Source: Candidatus Poribacteria bacterium
Lineage (GTDB): Bacteria > Poribacteria > WGA-4E > PCPOR2b
Assembly (NCBI GenBank): GCA_965116925.1
Contig: OZ220744.1
Coordinates: forward strand, 1,856,001-1,920,000
Direction: 5' to 3'
DNA length: 64,000 bases
Made by a program: the position numbers and the translations under genes. Position 1 is the stretch's first letter, and each line of letters opens with the position of its first letter. Shown one piece after another: positions 1-10,630 of the stretch. Under the pieces are notes generated by a model. That model saw only the letters and a list, made by a program, of their open reading frames with translations, was not told where the DNA came from and made no database searches.

Positions 1-1024
1 GTCGCTTGGCACCAATCGCCTTTCGTAATCCGATTTCTCGGGTCCGTTCCGTAACGGAAACCAACATCATATTCATAATGCCGATGCCGCCGACAAGCAA
101 CGAGAAACCCGCAATGCTACCCAGCGTGATTTTGATAACCCAACTAATTTTATTTAGCTGCTCCATACTCTCATTCAAAACCCAAATGTGGAAAAAATCG
201 TCTTGATTGCGATGTTGTTTCCGCATCACCGCTTTGACCTCTTCTTGGGCTTTGTCAATCAAATCTATATGTTTCGCCTTAACAGTGAACATCGTGACGT
301 GATCATTTCCGGTAAATCGCTCTTGTGCAGTTGTCAACGGTACAAACAAGATGTTATCAAGATTCCAACCAAAACGGAGGCTTCTTCCGCGCGTCTCCAT
401 CACACCTACCACCGTGAATCGCACCATCACTCTTTCTCGTTCTTCTCGTCTGATTTCCCAGTCGGCACTACGTGCCACCTTGATCTCTTTGCCAATGGGG
501 TCATCGTCGCCAAACAGTTCGGTTGCTAGTTCGGATCCAATGACACAGACTTTTTGCCGATCGTCGAATTCAGTTTCTGTAAAAAAACGTCCTCGTCCCA
601 CCTCCCAATTCATCCCAATCGGAAAATGCGAATCGACGCCGTTATATCCGGTGCGACTTTCAGCACCATCTGCGGCTTGAACAAGAACGCCACCCCATCG
701 GGGAATACGTGGTATCACCAATTCAACGGAAGGACACTCCGCTTCAATGGCTACGACATCATCGTACTTTAGAAACTCGCTGCTACGGTTGCGGACCCAT
801 TGCCCCTTTTTTTTAATCCAGCCACCGCGCCACATACTAAATTGACTAGCACCCCCTAGCTTATCCGCATCTTGGAGTACAAGCGTTTTTGCCCCATCCC
901 CTACAGCAATCATTGCAAGTACCGAAGCGACCCCAACAATAATCCCTAACATCGTCAAAAGGGAACGCATCTTGTTTATGCCAATAGCTCTGAGCCCGAT
1001 TGAAAATCCTTCACTGAGTTTCAA
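1..1024 (-). CDS. MacB/FtsX-family ABC transporter permease (3' end runs off the window)
   Basis: Missing from the ORF track because it has no stop in the window. Hand translation from TTG at 1024 (RBS GGAGAGAGG) gives MKLSEGFSIGLRAIGINKMRSLLTMLGIIVGVASVLAMIAVGDGAK...GGIGIMNMMLVSVTERTREIGLRKAIGAK. Paralog of the next gene. Confidence 0.9.
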   Translation of the reverse strand, partial: MKLSEGFSIGLRAIGINKMRSLLTMLGIIVGVASVLAMIAVGDGAKTLVLQDADKLGGASQFSMWRGGWIKKKGQWVRNRSSEFLKYDDVVAIEAECPSVELVIPRIPRWGGVLVQAADGAESRTGYNGVDSHFPIGMNWEVGRGRFFTETEFDDRQKVCVIGSELATELFGDDDPIGKEIKVARSADWEIRREERERVMVRFTVVGVMETRGRSLRFGWNLDNILFVPLTTAQERFTGNDHVTMFTVKAKHIDLIDKAQEEVKAVMRKQHRNQDDFFHIWVLNESMEQLNKISWVIKITLGSIAGFSLLVGGIGIMNMMLVSVTERTREIGLRKAIGAKR

Positions 1025-1253
1025 TATCCTCTCTCCTTTCGTGTTAATACCATTCTCAACGTTTCTGTAAACGAGGATGGTAGACTTCTGTTTCTAAATT
1101 AAATCCACACGTTTGAGAGTTCTTCACTCAGTTCCAAATTTCCTTTTTTCGTTTTCGCTCATGTTAAGATTTCGTGCAAAGACACCGAGTTTTTGCTTCA
1201 AAACTCGGTGTCTCTTCGTGCTTTGCGCTTTCTTTTTCTATGAACCTTCGCTT

Positions 1254-2561
1254 TTATTCTGTTCTCAATGCTTCGATGGGCGATAGTTGTGCGGCTTTTA
1301 CCGCAGGATAAACGCCGAAGACAATACCAATAAGTGCCGAAAAAGCAACGGAGATAATCATCCACTCTGTAGAGACAACAGCGGGCCACTCCGGGACAAT
1401 CTTAACAATGTTTACCGCAACACTTGCCATCCCGTGCCCGGCAGCAACACCCAACCCAATACCTATGATACCACCGACACTGCACATCGTTATTGCTTCA
1501 ATCAAGAATTGGAAAAGGATATCCTGTCGCTTGGCACCAACCGCTTTTCGTAACCCGATTTCTCGGGTCCGTTCCGTTACAGAAACCAACATCATGTTCA
1601 TGATACCGATGCCGCCCACAAGCAGCGAAAATCCGGCGATAACACCGAGCACGATTTTGATAACTTTGCTAATTTTGAACAGCTGCTCCATACCCGCCCG
1701 CATCTCCCAAACGTTAAAGAAGTTGTCTTCATTGCGGTGCCGTTTCCGTATCACCTCTGTGACCTCTTCCTTCGCTTGGTTAATCAATTCGACGCTCTTT
1801 GCTTGGACGGAAATCATTGTCACCCGATCATTGCCGGTAAATCGCTCCTGAACCGTTGTCAGGGGAAGAAGCACCCGGTCATCCAGATTCCACCCGAAAC
1901 GGAGACTTCGTCCACGAGGCTCCATCACCCCCACAACGGTGAACCGTTCCATGCTTCTGTCTTGGCTACGCTGTTCCCAGCGACGGCGCCTGTTGCCGGA
2001 GCCACGTGCGATCTTGATTGTCTTGCCAATTGGATCTTGACCCTGAAAAAGTTCGTTTGCTACCTCCGATCCGAGAACACAGACTTTAGATCGCTCCGTA
2101 ACATCTTCCTCTGTGATAAAACGCCCGCTTGCAGGCTCCCAGTTCATCCCAATTTGGTAGAAAGACGTAATCCCTTCATACCCCGTCCGTTTTTCCGCGC
2201 CGCCTTCCGCTTGTACAAGCACCCCACGCCACTGTGGAATGCGGGGGATAACCCCCTCGACCGAGGGACATTCGGCTTCAATCGCCAGAACATCTCCATA
2301 CTCAAAATATTCGTTGCTGCGATTCCGCTCCCAACGACCGCTGCCTTTACGGATATGGCTGCTCCTATACAATGTAACCTGATTGGCACCGCCAATCTTT
2401 TGGGCGTCCTGGAGCACAATCAGTTTTGCTCCATCGCCGATAGCAATCATCGCCAACACGGAGGCGATACCAATGACAATTCCGAGCATCGTCAAGAGCG
2501 ATCGCATCTTATTCGCGTGAATCGCTGCAAATCCGACTGAAAATCCTTCGCCAATTCTCAT
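1254..2561 (-). CDS. MacB/FtsX-family ABC transporter permease
   Basis: RSLLTMLGIVIGIASV and GGIGIMNMMLVSVTERTREIGLRKAVGA motifs, ending SPIEALRTE. Start moved to ATG 2561 behind RBS GGAGGAG (ORF track starts at 2618). Confidence 0.92.
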   Translation of the reverse strand: MRIGEGFSVGFAAIHANKMRSLLTMLGIVIGIASVLAMIAIGDGAKLIVLQDAQKIGGANQVTLYRSSHIRKGSGRWERNRSNEYFEYGDVLAIEAECPSVEGVIPRIPQWRGVLVQAEGGAEKRTGYEGITSFYQIGMNWEPASGRFITEEDVTERSKVCVLGSEVANELFQGQDPIGKTIKIARGSGNRRRRWEQRSQDRSMERFTVVGVMEPRGRSLRFGWNLDDRVLLPLTTVQERFTGNDRVTMISVQAKSVELINQAKEEVTEVIRKRHRNEDNFFNVWEMRAGMEQLFKISKVIKIVLGVIAGFSLLVGGIGIMNMMLVSVTERTREIGLRKAVGAKRQDILFQFLIEAITMCSVGGIIGIGLGVAAGHGMASVAVNIVKIVPEWPAVVSTEWMIISVAFSALIGIVFGVYPAVKAAQLSPIEALRTE

Positions 2562-2690
2562 CTCTACTCCTCCCCTATTTGCGCTGAATTCCGTCCTAAC
2601 ACTTGGACGAAACAGCATGAGATTGGTTTATGTCTTTGGTGATAGACAAACAACATCAGAACCTAAAGTGTCTAGTGAATCAGATTGATA

Positions 2691-2757
2691 GAAATTGTCT
2701 TGACAATTTCGGTAATCGCTGATAATATATACCTCCTAAATTTGGTTTAACCAAATT
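2691..2757 (+). promoter_or_regulatory. Putative sigma70 promoter for rpoZ with two palindromic operator-like sites
   Basis: TTGACA (2700-2705)-17 nt-TAATAT. Perfect inverted repeats GAAATTGTC-TT-GACAATTTC (2691-2710) and AATTTGGTT-T-AACCAAATT (2739-2757). Confidence 0.5.
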
Positions 2758-2784
2758 ACCCAATAAATTGCGAGGTTACTCAGA

Positions 2785-3132
2785 ATGCCACTTATCTATC
2801 TTGAGGATATCTTGGAGCAGACCGGTAACAAGTATTTGGCCGTGAATGTCGCAGCCAAACGGGCACGTGAAATTAATGCTGAAAATAGCCTGCCTATGTT
2901 AATGGCTAATACCGAAAAACCTGTTACGGTTGCAATTGATGAACTTAGATCGGGGCGGATTGACTACGAGGAGTTAGATCAACCGGAAGAACGCTCAGAA
3001 GACTCACCATTCGCTGCCGTAGAGGGGGAGGAAGACGAGGAGGCAGAGGGGTTGGAAGAACTTCAACCAACTGAGGAGTATTATGAAGAAGACGAGGTGA
3101 CAGATCCGGATGAGACAGAAGAAGGGCTGTAA
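2785..3132 (+). CDS. rpoZ: RNA polymerase omega subunit with acidic C-terminal tail
   Basis: NKYLAVNVAAKRAREI...KPVTVAIDELRSGRI omega motifs; RBS GAGG. Confidence 0.88.
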   Translation: MPLIYLEDILEQTGNKYLAVNVAAKRAREINAENSLPMLMANTEKPVTVAIDELRSGRIDYEELDQPEERSEDSPFAAVEGEEDEEAEGLEELQPTEEYYEEDEVTDPDETEEGL

Positions 3133-3212
3133 GTTAATTGTCCGGTGAAGTTGGAGACTGTCGCGCTGTCTGAAAGAATCTCCTAAAAAATAGTCACCGT
3201 TATGTTAGTTGT

Positions 3213-3268
3213 AAGGGGTCACGTGGGGAGGAATGAAGTTGTTCCCTTCCCACGTGACCCCTTTTTTT
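3213..3268 (+). terminator. Rho-independent terminator after rpoZ
   Basis: Stem AAGGGGTCACGTGGG / CCCACGTGACCCCTT followed by a T-run. Confidence 0.75.
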
Positions 3269-3363
3269 ATTTTCCAAAAGGTTCTGCTTTGTTGTTGATC
3301 CAAACCCGCAAACATGCTAAAATAAAAACGTATCATTTCAAACTTCAACTTTGGAGGTATAAC

Positions 3364-4251
3364 ATGGCATTAGGTGAGGGAGATTATAAATATGAATTAG
3401 TGGACGGATGGCCAAAACTGCCGGAGGGTTGGGTTTTCTCTATGGTGTCGGATGCAGCAGTCGATTCCAAGGGACGAATCTTCGCCTTCACCCGCGGTAT
3501 ACATCCGGTTATTGTTTTTGACAAAGAGGGGAACTTCGTTACCTCATGGGGGTATGGAGATTTCGGTGTTTCTCCACACCTTATTAGTCAATCGCACGGA
3601 ATCTTCATCGGGCCCGACGATGAAGTTTATCTGACCGATGCGTGGCAGCATATTGTGCGCCGCTACACACTGCTCGGTGACTTGGAGCGCGAGTGGGGAA
3701 CACGTGGTGTTGCTGGTGTGACATACCATAAACGCGAGTATAACATGCCCACCGGCGTGGCAATTGGGCCAGAAGGAGAAATCTACGTCGGGGATGGATA
3801 CGGCAATCGGCTCGTTCACAAATATTCCAAAGAGGGTGAGCACCTGCTAGCTTGGGGCGAGGCGGGCAGCGGTCCAGGTGAATTCGCAGTAGTCCATAAT
3901 ATCGGTTGTGATAAAACGGGGCGTGTCATCGTCTGTGACCGTGAGAACAACCGCATCCAGATCTTCGATCCCGATGGGAAACACATGGAAACATGGACGG
4001 ATGTCGTTGCCCCCGGCGATGTGTGGATCACTGATGACAACATGATTTATGTGGTCGAGCAGGGCGCGGGCTCGCGTGTCAGCGTCTGGACCCCGGAAGG
4101 AGAGCGATTAAGTCGGTTCTCTGGGGCGGAAAACAACGGTATCATCCAGTCGGCGCATGGACTTTGCGTTGATGACGAAGGCAGCATCTACGTTGCCGAG
4201 ATCGGCGAGCCGGGCCGTGGACAGCGGTTCCAGAAGTTCGCCCGCGTCTAA
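3364..4251 (+). CDS. NHL-repeat beta-propeller (peptidyl-alpha-hydroxyglycine alpha-amidating lyase-like)
   Basis: NHL repeats (PTGVAIGPEGEIYVGDGYGN, VCDRENNRIQIFD). Start at ATG 3364 after GGAGG. Confidence 0.85.
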   Translation: MALGEGDYKYELVDGWPKLPEGWVFSMVSDAAVDSKGRIFAFTRGIHPVIVFDKEGNFVTSWGYGDFGVSPHLISQSHGIFIGPDDEVYLTDAWQHIVRRYTLLGDLEREWGTRGVAGVTYHKREYNMPTGVAIGPEGEIYVGDGYGNRLVHKYSKEGEHLLAWGEAGSGPGEFAVVHNIGCDKTGRVIVCDRENNRIQIFDPDGKHMETWTDVVAPGDVWITDDNMIYVVEQGAGSRVSVWTPEGERLSRFSGAENNGIIQSAHGLCVDDEGSIYVAEIGEPGRGQRFQKFARV

Positions 4252-4267
4252 ACAGATTTGATTATGT

Positions 4268-4381
4268 TAGGAGTTACGCACTTCAGATTGTAGTTGACCG
4301 ATTTATCGGGCGTATTGTGGTTGCCGACAGCGATAAATCGCCGAACTACAAGGCGTTGAGCGTTCAACTGCATAAGTCCTA
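4268..4381. mobile_element. MITE of the TAGGA(C/G)TTACGCA...TGCGTAAGTCCTA family
   Basis: Terminal inverted repeats and a 5-bp direct repeat TATGT on both sides. Other copies: 25745-25857 (TSD TTACA), 37912-38072 (TSD TCCCTA), and about 30715-30832 and 40694-40910 without clear TSD. Confidence 0.75.
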
Positions 4382-4426
4382 TATGTTAAGAAACCGTAGG
4401 GGCGGGGTTATCCCGCCCTGACTCTT

Positions 4427-5677
4427 TTAGCCCGGTTGCACAGGGCGCGTCCGATCATGTCGAATCAGCGGACGACTCCCGTTGAGTGTTACAACGAACG
4501 ATCTCTCAATATGTAGCGACCCAACACCCGGCATCGAAATCATCGCTTCCAGATTGAGAACCATGTCCACCTCAAGCGGTAGGTCTGATGGAACATCCAC
4601 ACAATCATCCTGAATCCGCTGTCCATTGTCTGCGACAATAATCGGGTAATCTCGGACCTCCAAACCCAACCCATGTCCATGAGGAGATGACGCTGTGATG
4701 CCGTGTGCATTGAGTGTTTTCCACATGGCAGCTTGGGCGGCAGACGCTTTTGCACCCGGTGTCATCTCCTCTACTCCCGCCTCAACGCATTCCCGCAACG
4801 CCCTATGCCTCTCAATCAATACCGTTGACGGTTCGCGCATCGTCAGGGTTGTGCCGCTATCGGAGAAACACCCTTCATAAATGCAGCCAAAATCTACATA
4901 GAGTATGTCGTCATCTGTCAAGATATAGTTTGGCTCTGTGGCAAGCCCTAGCCCGCGCACCCCAAACGCGAAGTGATCGAAATCTGCGCCAGCCTTGCCG
5001 ATCTGCTGCCGATAATGTTGGACAACATCGGTGATTGGCTGCCCCGGTCGAGCAAGCGCGAGCCCTTCCATCGCTGCGGTCTCGCTGATCTCCGCTGAAC
5101 GGATTAACCGCGACAGCTCATCTTCGGTCTTGACCATCCGAACAAGACGAATGAGGTTTGAGCAATCCTTAATCTCTGCCTTTGGCAATCCCGCCTCAAT
5201 CGCTGCTTTCGCCCTCGATGATAACCCCTCCATTTCGATGCCGATTCGGGCATTAGTCAACCCTCGCTCCTTGAGAACACTCAAAAGTGCATCGGTAGGT
5301 GTAGCATCTCGCTGCGGTCGATGAAGTATATCAAAGATGCGTTGCTCCGCATCGGACAAGTCCCCTATCGGCAGCGAATCGTCTAACTCGTGATCTCCGA
5401 AGATATGCACGTCTTGCACCCACAGATCGGAGGCGTTCACCGCAAACGTCGGACTCGCGACAAGCGCGGGTTCACTTTCTAGTGGGAAGATTGCATAAGC
5501 AGCGGTCGGATCTGGATCGCTTGGCGCGCCCGGCACCATCATATACGCCTTGAATAGTGGGTCAATCCAGCACCGATAATCCGAAAAATAGGTGATGTTG
5601 ACCGGCGAGGTTGCTACCAAGACATCCACACCGCAGCGGCGCATATACTCCTGTGCACGGGTTTTGTTGAAAAGCAC
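4427..5677 (-). CDS. M24 family Xaa-Pro peptidase/creatinase-like protein
   Basis: Creatinase N-domain and metal ligands YVDFG, FSD, HGHGLGL, NLE, HIE. Confidence 0.85.
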   Translation of the reverse strand: MLFNKTRAQEYMRRCGVDVLVATSPVNITYFSDYRCWIDPLFKAYMMVPGAPSDPDPTAAYAIFPLESEPALVASPTFAVNASDLWVQDVHIFGDHELDDSLPIGDLSDAEQRIFDILHRPQRDATPTDALLSVLKERGLTNARIGIEMEGLSSRAKAAIEAGLPKAEIKDCSNLIRLVRMVKTEDELSRLIRSAEISETAAMEGLALARPGQPITDVVQHYRQQIGKAGADFDHFAFGVRGLGLATEPNYILTDDDILYVDFGCIYEGCFSDSGTTLTMREPSTVLIERHRALRECVEAGVEEMTPGAKASAAQAAMWKTLNAHGITASSPHGHGLGLEVRDYPIIVADNGQRIQDDCVDVPSDLPLEVDMVLNLEAMISMPGVGSLHIERSFVVTLNGSRPLIRHDRTRPVQPG

Positions 5678-5772
5678 CGTATGACTCCTTTGTTCAAAAC
5701 AGGTCTTATAGAAGCACGTAGGTTAGGTTGAACGGGAACCGTGAAACCCAACACTTAATCTACAAACAACTT

Positions 5773-5888
5773 GGCTCATGTTAAGAAATCGTGCAACAGA
5801 AACCGATTGAGTTCACTAGTTCATTTTTCACGTTTTACGCATCACGTTTCATATTCTTCACGCTTTGCACTTTCTCTTGACGTGAGCC
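5773..5888. repeat. Dispersed GCTCATGTTAAGA...(T/C)ATGAGC intergenic element
   Basis: Similar copies at about 1156-1246, 16450-16560, 20514, 26720-26795, 29956-30087, 46996-47087 and 63870-63959, each with different internal hairpins. Confidence 0.7.
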
Positions 5889-5895
5889 ACATCTC

Positions 5896-6999
5896 TTAGA
5901 ATTTCAAACCCAAGCTCACACGATGTGCCCGTTGCAGAGGACCAAAGTCAGCAAACGCATAATCTAGGGACAACATTGTCGCAGCAAAATTCATGTGGAT
6001 ACCCAAGCCGAGCGTAAGTCCCTCTTCATCGTTACCGCTGTCGGGCCCCAAGCGGAGTTTATACCCCCCACGAATCGCCGCCATCTTTCTGTACCAATAC
6101 TCTAATCCGAAGTTGAGCCGTTCGCTGTTATCATTCGGATGATTGGCGTCAAGTGCAACGGTCAGGAGGTTATCCCCACTATCAAGCAGATCGTAGGCGA
6201 TGCCGAGCCGGAAGTTGGACGGCAACGGAAACTCTACGGTTTCTAGTTCAGCTTTTCGCGTCGGATTCGTCGTATCTGGATAGGGGCGATAATCCGCATT
6301 CCTAGAGTCACCCGCTTCTTCGGCACCGGTCATAAGATCTGGACCGCTGAAACGCATCTCAGGACCGAAGTTGGAGAAACACATCCCTATCCGTAAACTT
6401 CTCCAACCTGTATGGTATAAGGTTCCGACATCAAGGGCAACCCCGGTGGCACTCTCCCGATGGATCTGTTGATGGATATATTTAGCATTGACACCAAAGG
6501 AAAGATTTACCCCCGACTCTTTTTCGTAAAGCTGTCGAGAATACGCCACCGATACCGCTGCATCCCATGCAGAGTACCAAAGCCCCGTTCCATCAGGCTT
6601 TGCAAGCGTTGTGATTTCCGTATCGGGGACGTTGAGGAATGTAACGCTTGCCCCCAAGGTGCCTACCTTTTCTAGCGGCGTGGCAAACGCCAGGTAGTTG
6701 TACCGGGTATCGGCAAGCCATATCGTATGCGTGTCCGAAAAGCTAGTCTGCTTGAGTTGGCTTAGCCCAGCTGGATTCCAATAGATGGTGGTGGCATCGT
6801 TGGCAAGCCCGCCAAACGCACCTCCCAAGCTGTCCACCCGCGCTCCTGGTCCAATTTTCAGAAACTGTGCACCGGCAGTCCCTACATTCGTGGTTGCGTC
6901 ACTTGGAACTGTCCATAAAAACGTGACAGTAACTAAGAGCGTAAAAATTATTGAGGCGAATCGCCACATTACTGGATTCTTAAAAATAATTTTGTGCAT
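5896..6999 (-). CDS. PorV/PorQ-family (UPF0164-like) outer-membrane beta-barrel
   Basis: Signal peptide, hallmark AQFLKIGPGAR...LGGA...IYWNPAGL, C-terminal RVSLGLKF beta-signal. Confidence 0.85.
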   Translation of the reverse strand: MHKIIFKNPVMWRFASIIFTLLVTVTFLWTVPSDATTNVGTAGAQFLKIGPGARVDSLGGAFGGLANDATTIYWNPAGLSQLKQTSFSDTHTIWLADTRYNYLAFATPLEKVGTLGASVTFLNVPDTEITTLAKPDGTGLWYSAWDAAVSVAYSRQLYEKESGVNLSFGVNAKYIHQQIHRESATGVALDVGTLYHTGWRSLRIGMCFSNFGPEMRFSGPDLMTGAEEAGDSRNADYRPYPDTTNPTRKAELETVEFPLPSNFRLGIAYDLLDSGDNLLTVALDANHPNDNSERLNFGLEYWYRKMAAIRGGYKLRLGPDSGNDEEGLTLGLGIHMNFAATMLSLDYAFADFGPLQRAHRVSLGLKF

Positions 7000-7023
7000 G
7001 TGCTTACCCTAGTTCATCCCCCT

Positions 7024-10017
7024 TTATCGAATAATCGAAAACCGGCCGATCTTATTCCCAATAACATCATTGCTGTCATCGCGTGCTTCAACATGATAGA
7101 TGTAGACGCCACTCGCAAGGGCTTGATTGTAGAGATTAAGAAGGTCAAATGTCTCCGTACCACCCTTGTCGCCCTGTGCTAAACGTTCATCCATATTGAA
7201 GGGTGAGAAACTTTCGTGTTCAATCTCTCGCACCAGTTCACCCACCAACGTATAAATCCGAATGGTACACCGCGGCGGCAGGTGCGTGAAGAAAATTTTG
7301 TCCGTTCCTTCAGCAGTCACAGCCCTATTCGTGATGAAGTAGGGATTTGGCACGACGCGGATTCGATCTAGATCTGCTTTGATATCTTCAGGGGCGAGCG
7401 ACGCGTCTTGTGTCGTCAACAGAAATTCGTCACCATCCCGCGGTGCGCTGATCCCCCCCATCTCAACAACGAATACATCCCCAGCAGAGATCTCATTGTT
7501 GGGATCCTTTATATAGACGTACCCACCCCGGATATAAATCCGGAAAAATCCCGGTGTGGCTTCCCGGCTATATGTGTCAACCCAACCTGCACCGAGAATT
7601 GCATATCCTTCGGCACGGTCGGGGTTGAACTGAATCTCCTCACCCGTATCTTCGTCCACCACTCTGACATGTGTATCATCAACGAACGTGATTGAGTACC
7701 TATGCGGACGGTAATACGTCGCCCAAAAGATGTTGGGCCAAGTGTTTTCGCCAACACCGGGAGATTGGATGTCCACCGACCACCCCGGAACAGAGCCTGT
7801 GGTCAGTTCCACGTTTTCGATCGGGTTTTCAGCTGGACTCCCGTAAGTCACATCAACCCCCGTTATCTTTAGAATGATTCCATCGAACATCGGAGAGAGC
7901 ACTTCAACAGCTTCGTGGTGAACAGGATCATACCACTCAAACGGTTGTGGTTCCACGACCGTTTGATCTGTTGTCATGTTGATAATCTCATAAGTGGGTG
8001 GTTGATAGCCGGGACCTGTCATATACGCAGCGGGCCCTATCTGCGTTGCGCCCTGCCAAACGATTTTATACTGATCCCCCGTCACCTTGTTTGGCGCGAG
8101 TACCATCGGTTCAACGGTGACAGTCCCTACCCCTTGACCTGCCACATCAGCAGCTGCCTCTCGATACCCAGCGGGTTGCGCGCGTGGAACAACATGAAGC
8201 ATCGTCTCAATCTGGCTGCTCTCCATTGAAATAAGTCCGGTTTTTGGGTTGCCGGTATCGAATGATGTCACCGCATAGGTGTATTGAATCCCGTTGGTCA
8301 ATCCTTCATCGGTGAAGAAATTCTTGATACCTGCATCTTCACCCAGCGCCTGTGAAGGTGTCGAAACAACGCGAAAAATATCGCCCGCCACAGGGGGACC
8401 TGAAGCACCATCCGTAATTGTTACATACAACCCCCCGAAGTAGATTAACGCACCGGAGCGATAGGTCCCGTCCGGATAAGGTTCTCCGGTGTTCGGATCC
8501 TTCACAATCGCATACCCCTCGCCGTTTGCTGGGAAGTCGGGATTATGCGCCATAACCTCCCATAGCGTTGTATTAATTATCTCGAAGGTGGTACTGGAAT
8601 TGAATTTGATTGCGTAGATAGCATTTTTGAAAAAGTCAGCAAAAAACGGTTCATCACCGCCGCTTGCAATGGTAGCATCTGACTGTTTCCCCACATGTGC
8701 GACCGTGAGGAAATTACCCGTCGCGCTCGGTTTGTCAAATTCCATCAGCATTGTCCAATCTTCCACCGGGCTGCCGGTATCTGGATCATACGAGGTATCT
8801 CGCCGATAGACTCTATAACCTTCAAAGATTTTCTCAGGATCGGTGGGATCCACATATTCGTCGATATTTTGCCCCATCCATTGTCCTTCACTTTCCCAGA
8901 CAAGCGTCACCTGTCCATCGGCGGGATAAGCGGTTACAACCGGGGATGGCGGCGGGGCAGGCGCAACGTAATCGTCGTCATACAGCTTCTGTGCCCAGTC
9001 CGCAGACGCTTGTAAACCGGCGAGTCCCTCACCGATAGCCACCGCTGTGACGATGGTGAACTCCTGTCCGGGCGCGAGCGATGCCACAGGTCCGTACGAC
9101 TGGACAAAACGCTGATCATCATAGTTTGCGGGGAGCGGGTCAACGCCGGGGACGCTGATATAAGCGTACATTTCCGCATCCGTCGTCGGATCAGTATTTA
9201 TCGTAATCCGTTTGTGCGCCGTAAAAGGAATTTTTGCCCCGGGGTCCTGCGGGTCATTCCCCACATACGCATCCAACACCCGCAAACCGATGTATCCGGG
9301 AGCAGAAGCGTTGGAGAACCCGTAAGAGAGATAGCGGTTCGGGTGGGCTTCGGGGTTGAGCGCGTCCGGCGTCTGATCCAATGCAATAAAGTCATCAGCC
9401 GAATAGCTCGCTGTACCTGTTTCGTTGCTAGACACATCTACATCATACCGGAACGCCATAAACAGGTCTTCAAGCGGCTCACCGCCAACGTTTTTGACCC
9501 TATATTCTAAAATAAAGAAATCGTAGAGCGGTGCATAACTCCACTGAAAGCCATCGACTACAATCTCTAAGCCGAGAATCAATCCCTGATTTGCATCGGG
9601 GTTCATATCGCTACACTTGAACATGATCGCTTGGCTTGTCGGTGTTCCTTTGGTAGTCACACCGGGCTTGTTTGAAATCACTTCAGGCACATCGTCGGTG
9701 GGCCAAATTTCGCTCTGTCTGCCATCGGATGTGGAGACACCAACCTCCCCACCTTTTTTGGCACCGATCCAGATATCGCCTTCATAGATGTAGGAATCGT
9801 TTGTGCCCGCGGGCCACCACCCTGAAGGGTTGGCGGTTGGGTTGGTGGGGTGGCCAACAACTGCGGTGTTGTAGACAGCGGACGACAGATTGCCTACATC
9901 CAATGCCTTCCAATCCACGGCAGCCATCACCGGCAGGATTGCTATAATCAGTAGCCCAGATATAAGGGCTACTCGTAGGGGCAGTGCTATATGCCTGCCC
10001 GGTTTCATATGTTTCAT
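7024..10017 (-). CDS. Large secreted protein with FN3-like segments and a T9SS-type C-terminal sorting domain
   Basis: Signal peptide; PAPPPSP-V...GQVTLVW...FEGYRVYR...YTYAVTSFD; CTD IRVVPNPY...IRIYTLVGELVR...LASGVYIYHV...GRFSIIR. Confidence 0.8.
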   Translation of the reverse strand: MKHMKPGRHIALPLRVALISGLLIIAILPVMAAVDWKALDVGNLSSAVYNTAVVGHPTNPTANPSGWWPAGTNDSYIYEGDIWIGAKKGGEVGVSTSDGRQSEIWPTDDVPEVISNKPGVTTKGTPTSQAIMFKCSDMNPDANQGLILGLEIVVDGFQWSYAPLYDFFILEYRVKNVGGEPLEDLFMAFRYDVDVSSNETGTASYSADDFIALDQTPDALNPEAHPNRYLSYGFSNASAPGYIGLRVLDAYVGNDPQDPGAKIPFTAHKRITINTDPTTDAEMYAYISVPGVDPLPANYDDQRFVQSYGPVASLAPGQEFTIVTAVAIGEGLAGLQASADWAQKLYDDDYVAPAPPPSPVVTAYPADGQVTLVWESEGQWMGQNIDEYVDPTDPEKIFEGYRVYRRDTSYDPDTGSPVEDWTMLMEFDKPSATGNFLTVAHVGKQSDATIASGGDEPFFADFFKNAIYAIKFNSSTTFEIINTTLWEVMAHNPDFPANGEGYAIVKDPNTGEPYPDGTYRSGALIYFGGLYVTITDGASGPPVAGDIFRVVSTPSQALGEDAGIKNFFTDEGLTNGIQYTYAVTSFDTGNPKTGLISMESSQIETMLHVVPRAQPAGYREAAADVAGQGVGTVTVEPMVLAPNKVTGDQYKIVWQGATQIGPAAYMTGPGYQPPTYEIINMTTDQTVVEPQPFEWYDPVHHEAVEVLSPMFDGIILKITGVDVTYGSPAENPIENVELTTGSVPGWSVDIQSPGVGENTWPNIFWATYYRPHRYSITFVDDTHVRVVDEDTGEEIQFNPDRAEGYAILGAGWVDTYSREATPGFFRIYIRGGYVYIKDPNNEISAGDVFVVEMGGISAPRDGDEFLLTTQDASLAPEDIKADLDRIRVVPNPYFITNRAVTAEGTDKIFFTHLPPRCTIRIYTLVGELVREIEHESFSPFNMDERLAQGDKGGTETFDLLNLYNQALASGVYIYHVEARDDSNDVIGNKIGRFSIIR

Positions 10018-10337
10018 TTTTCCTCCAAAAAAACAGGATAAGAGGTCCTACCTTACAATAACCTAAGTTGCTAGGGCCATTTAGTTTTCGGTTTTTTGGC
10101 TGATTTCAGAATGACCCGAATCCGTAGGCGGGGCATCTTGCCCCGCCGTAGCTTTGACCGGGAGATCGAACTACGGGAGAATTATGGTGAATTCTAAAAA
10201 TAAATAGACACTTTCGCCCCTCGGTTTCGATCCCCCCGATAAATCGGGGTAAACTAATTATCGGGGTAGGTGCGGTTGCCTAACCGCACCGGACATTGCT
10301 CGGAAATTACCGAATTAAAAAAATGATCTTCATAAAG

Positions 10338-10546
10338 GGTAGGTCTGCACTAAAGTGTGGAGTAGTGAAATCGGCACTCAAGCTTGCAAAATCGTTCATA
10401 CAGCAACAAGGCATTCATCAGAGAAATCCTCAATGAACACGGGGTTTCGAGGCGTATTACCGATGTATGACATTTCTGGGTGTGCCTCGGATTTTGCCCA
10501 TAATTTCAGACATTTGATGCCTACCACACTTAACTGCGGTGCTACC
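10338..10546. mobile_element. 209-bp MITE with GGTAG termini and 8-bp TSD
   Basis: Left end GGTAGGTCTGCACTAAAGTGTGG versus reverse-complemented right end GGTAGCACCGCAGTTAAGTGTGG. TCATAAAG is duplicated at 10330-10337 and 10547-10554. Confidence 0.8.
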
Positions 10547-10630
10547 TCATAAAGTTTGTGCTACAAAAAAGTGGCATTTATTATATGAAATGGTATAACA
10601 AACCTGATTTCTGTGTCGCAGCATGTCAGG

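Noticed and set aside
6..2540. Plus-strand ORFs over the MacB genes, and similar shadow ORFs throughout the window
   Set aside because: Antisense or alternate-frame shadows of well-supported CDS with no recognisable motifs.
3202..3363. N-terminal extensions from the ORF track (3202, 25844, 17501, 21465, 40494, 43191)
   Set aside because: They run through terminators, repeats or neighbouring genes; better RBS-supported starts lie downstream.
10355..10552. Small intergenic ORFs (10355, 23109, 29693, 29913, 40708, 42578, 46873)
   Set aside because: They are translations of MITE/REP sequence.
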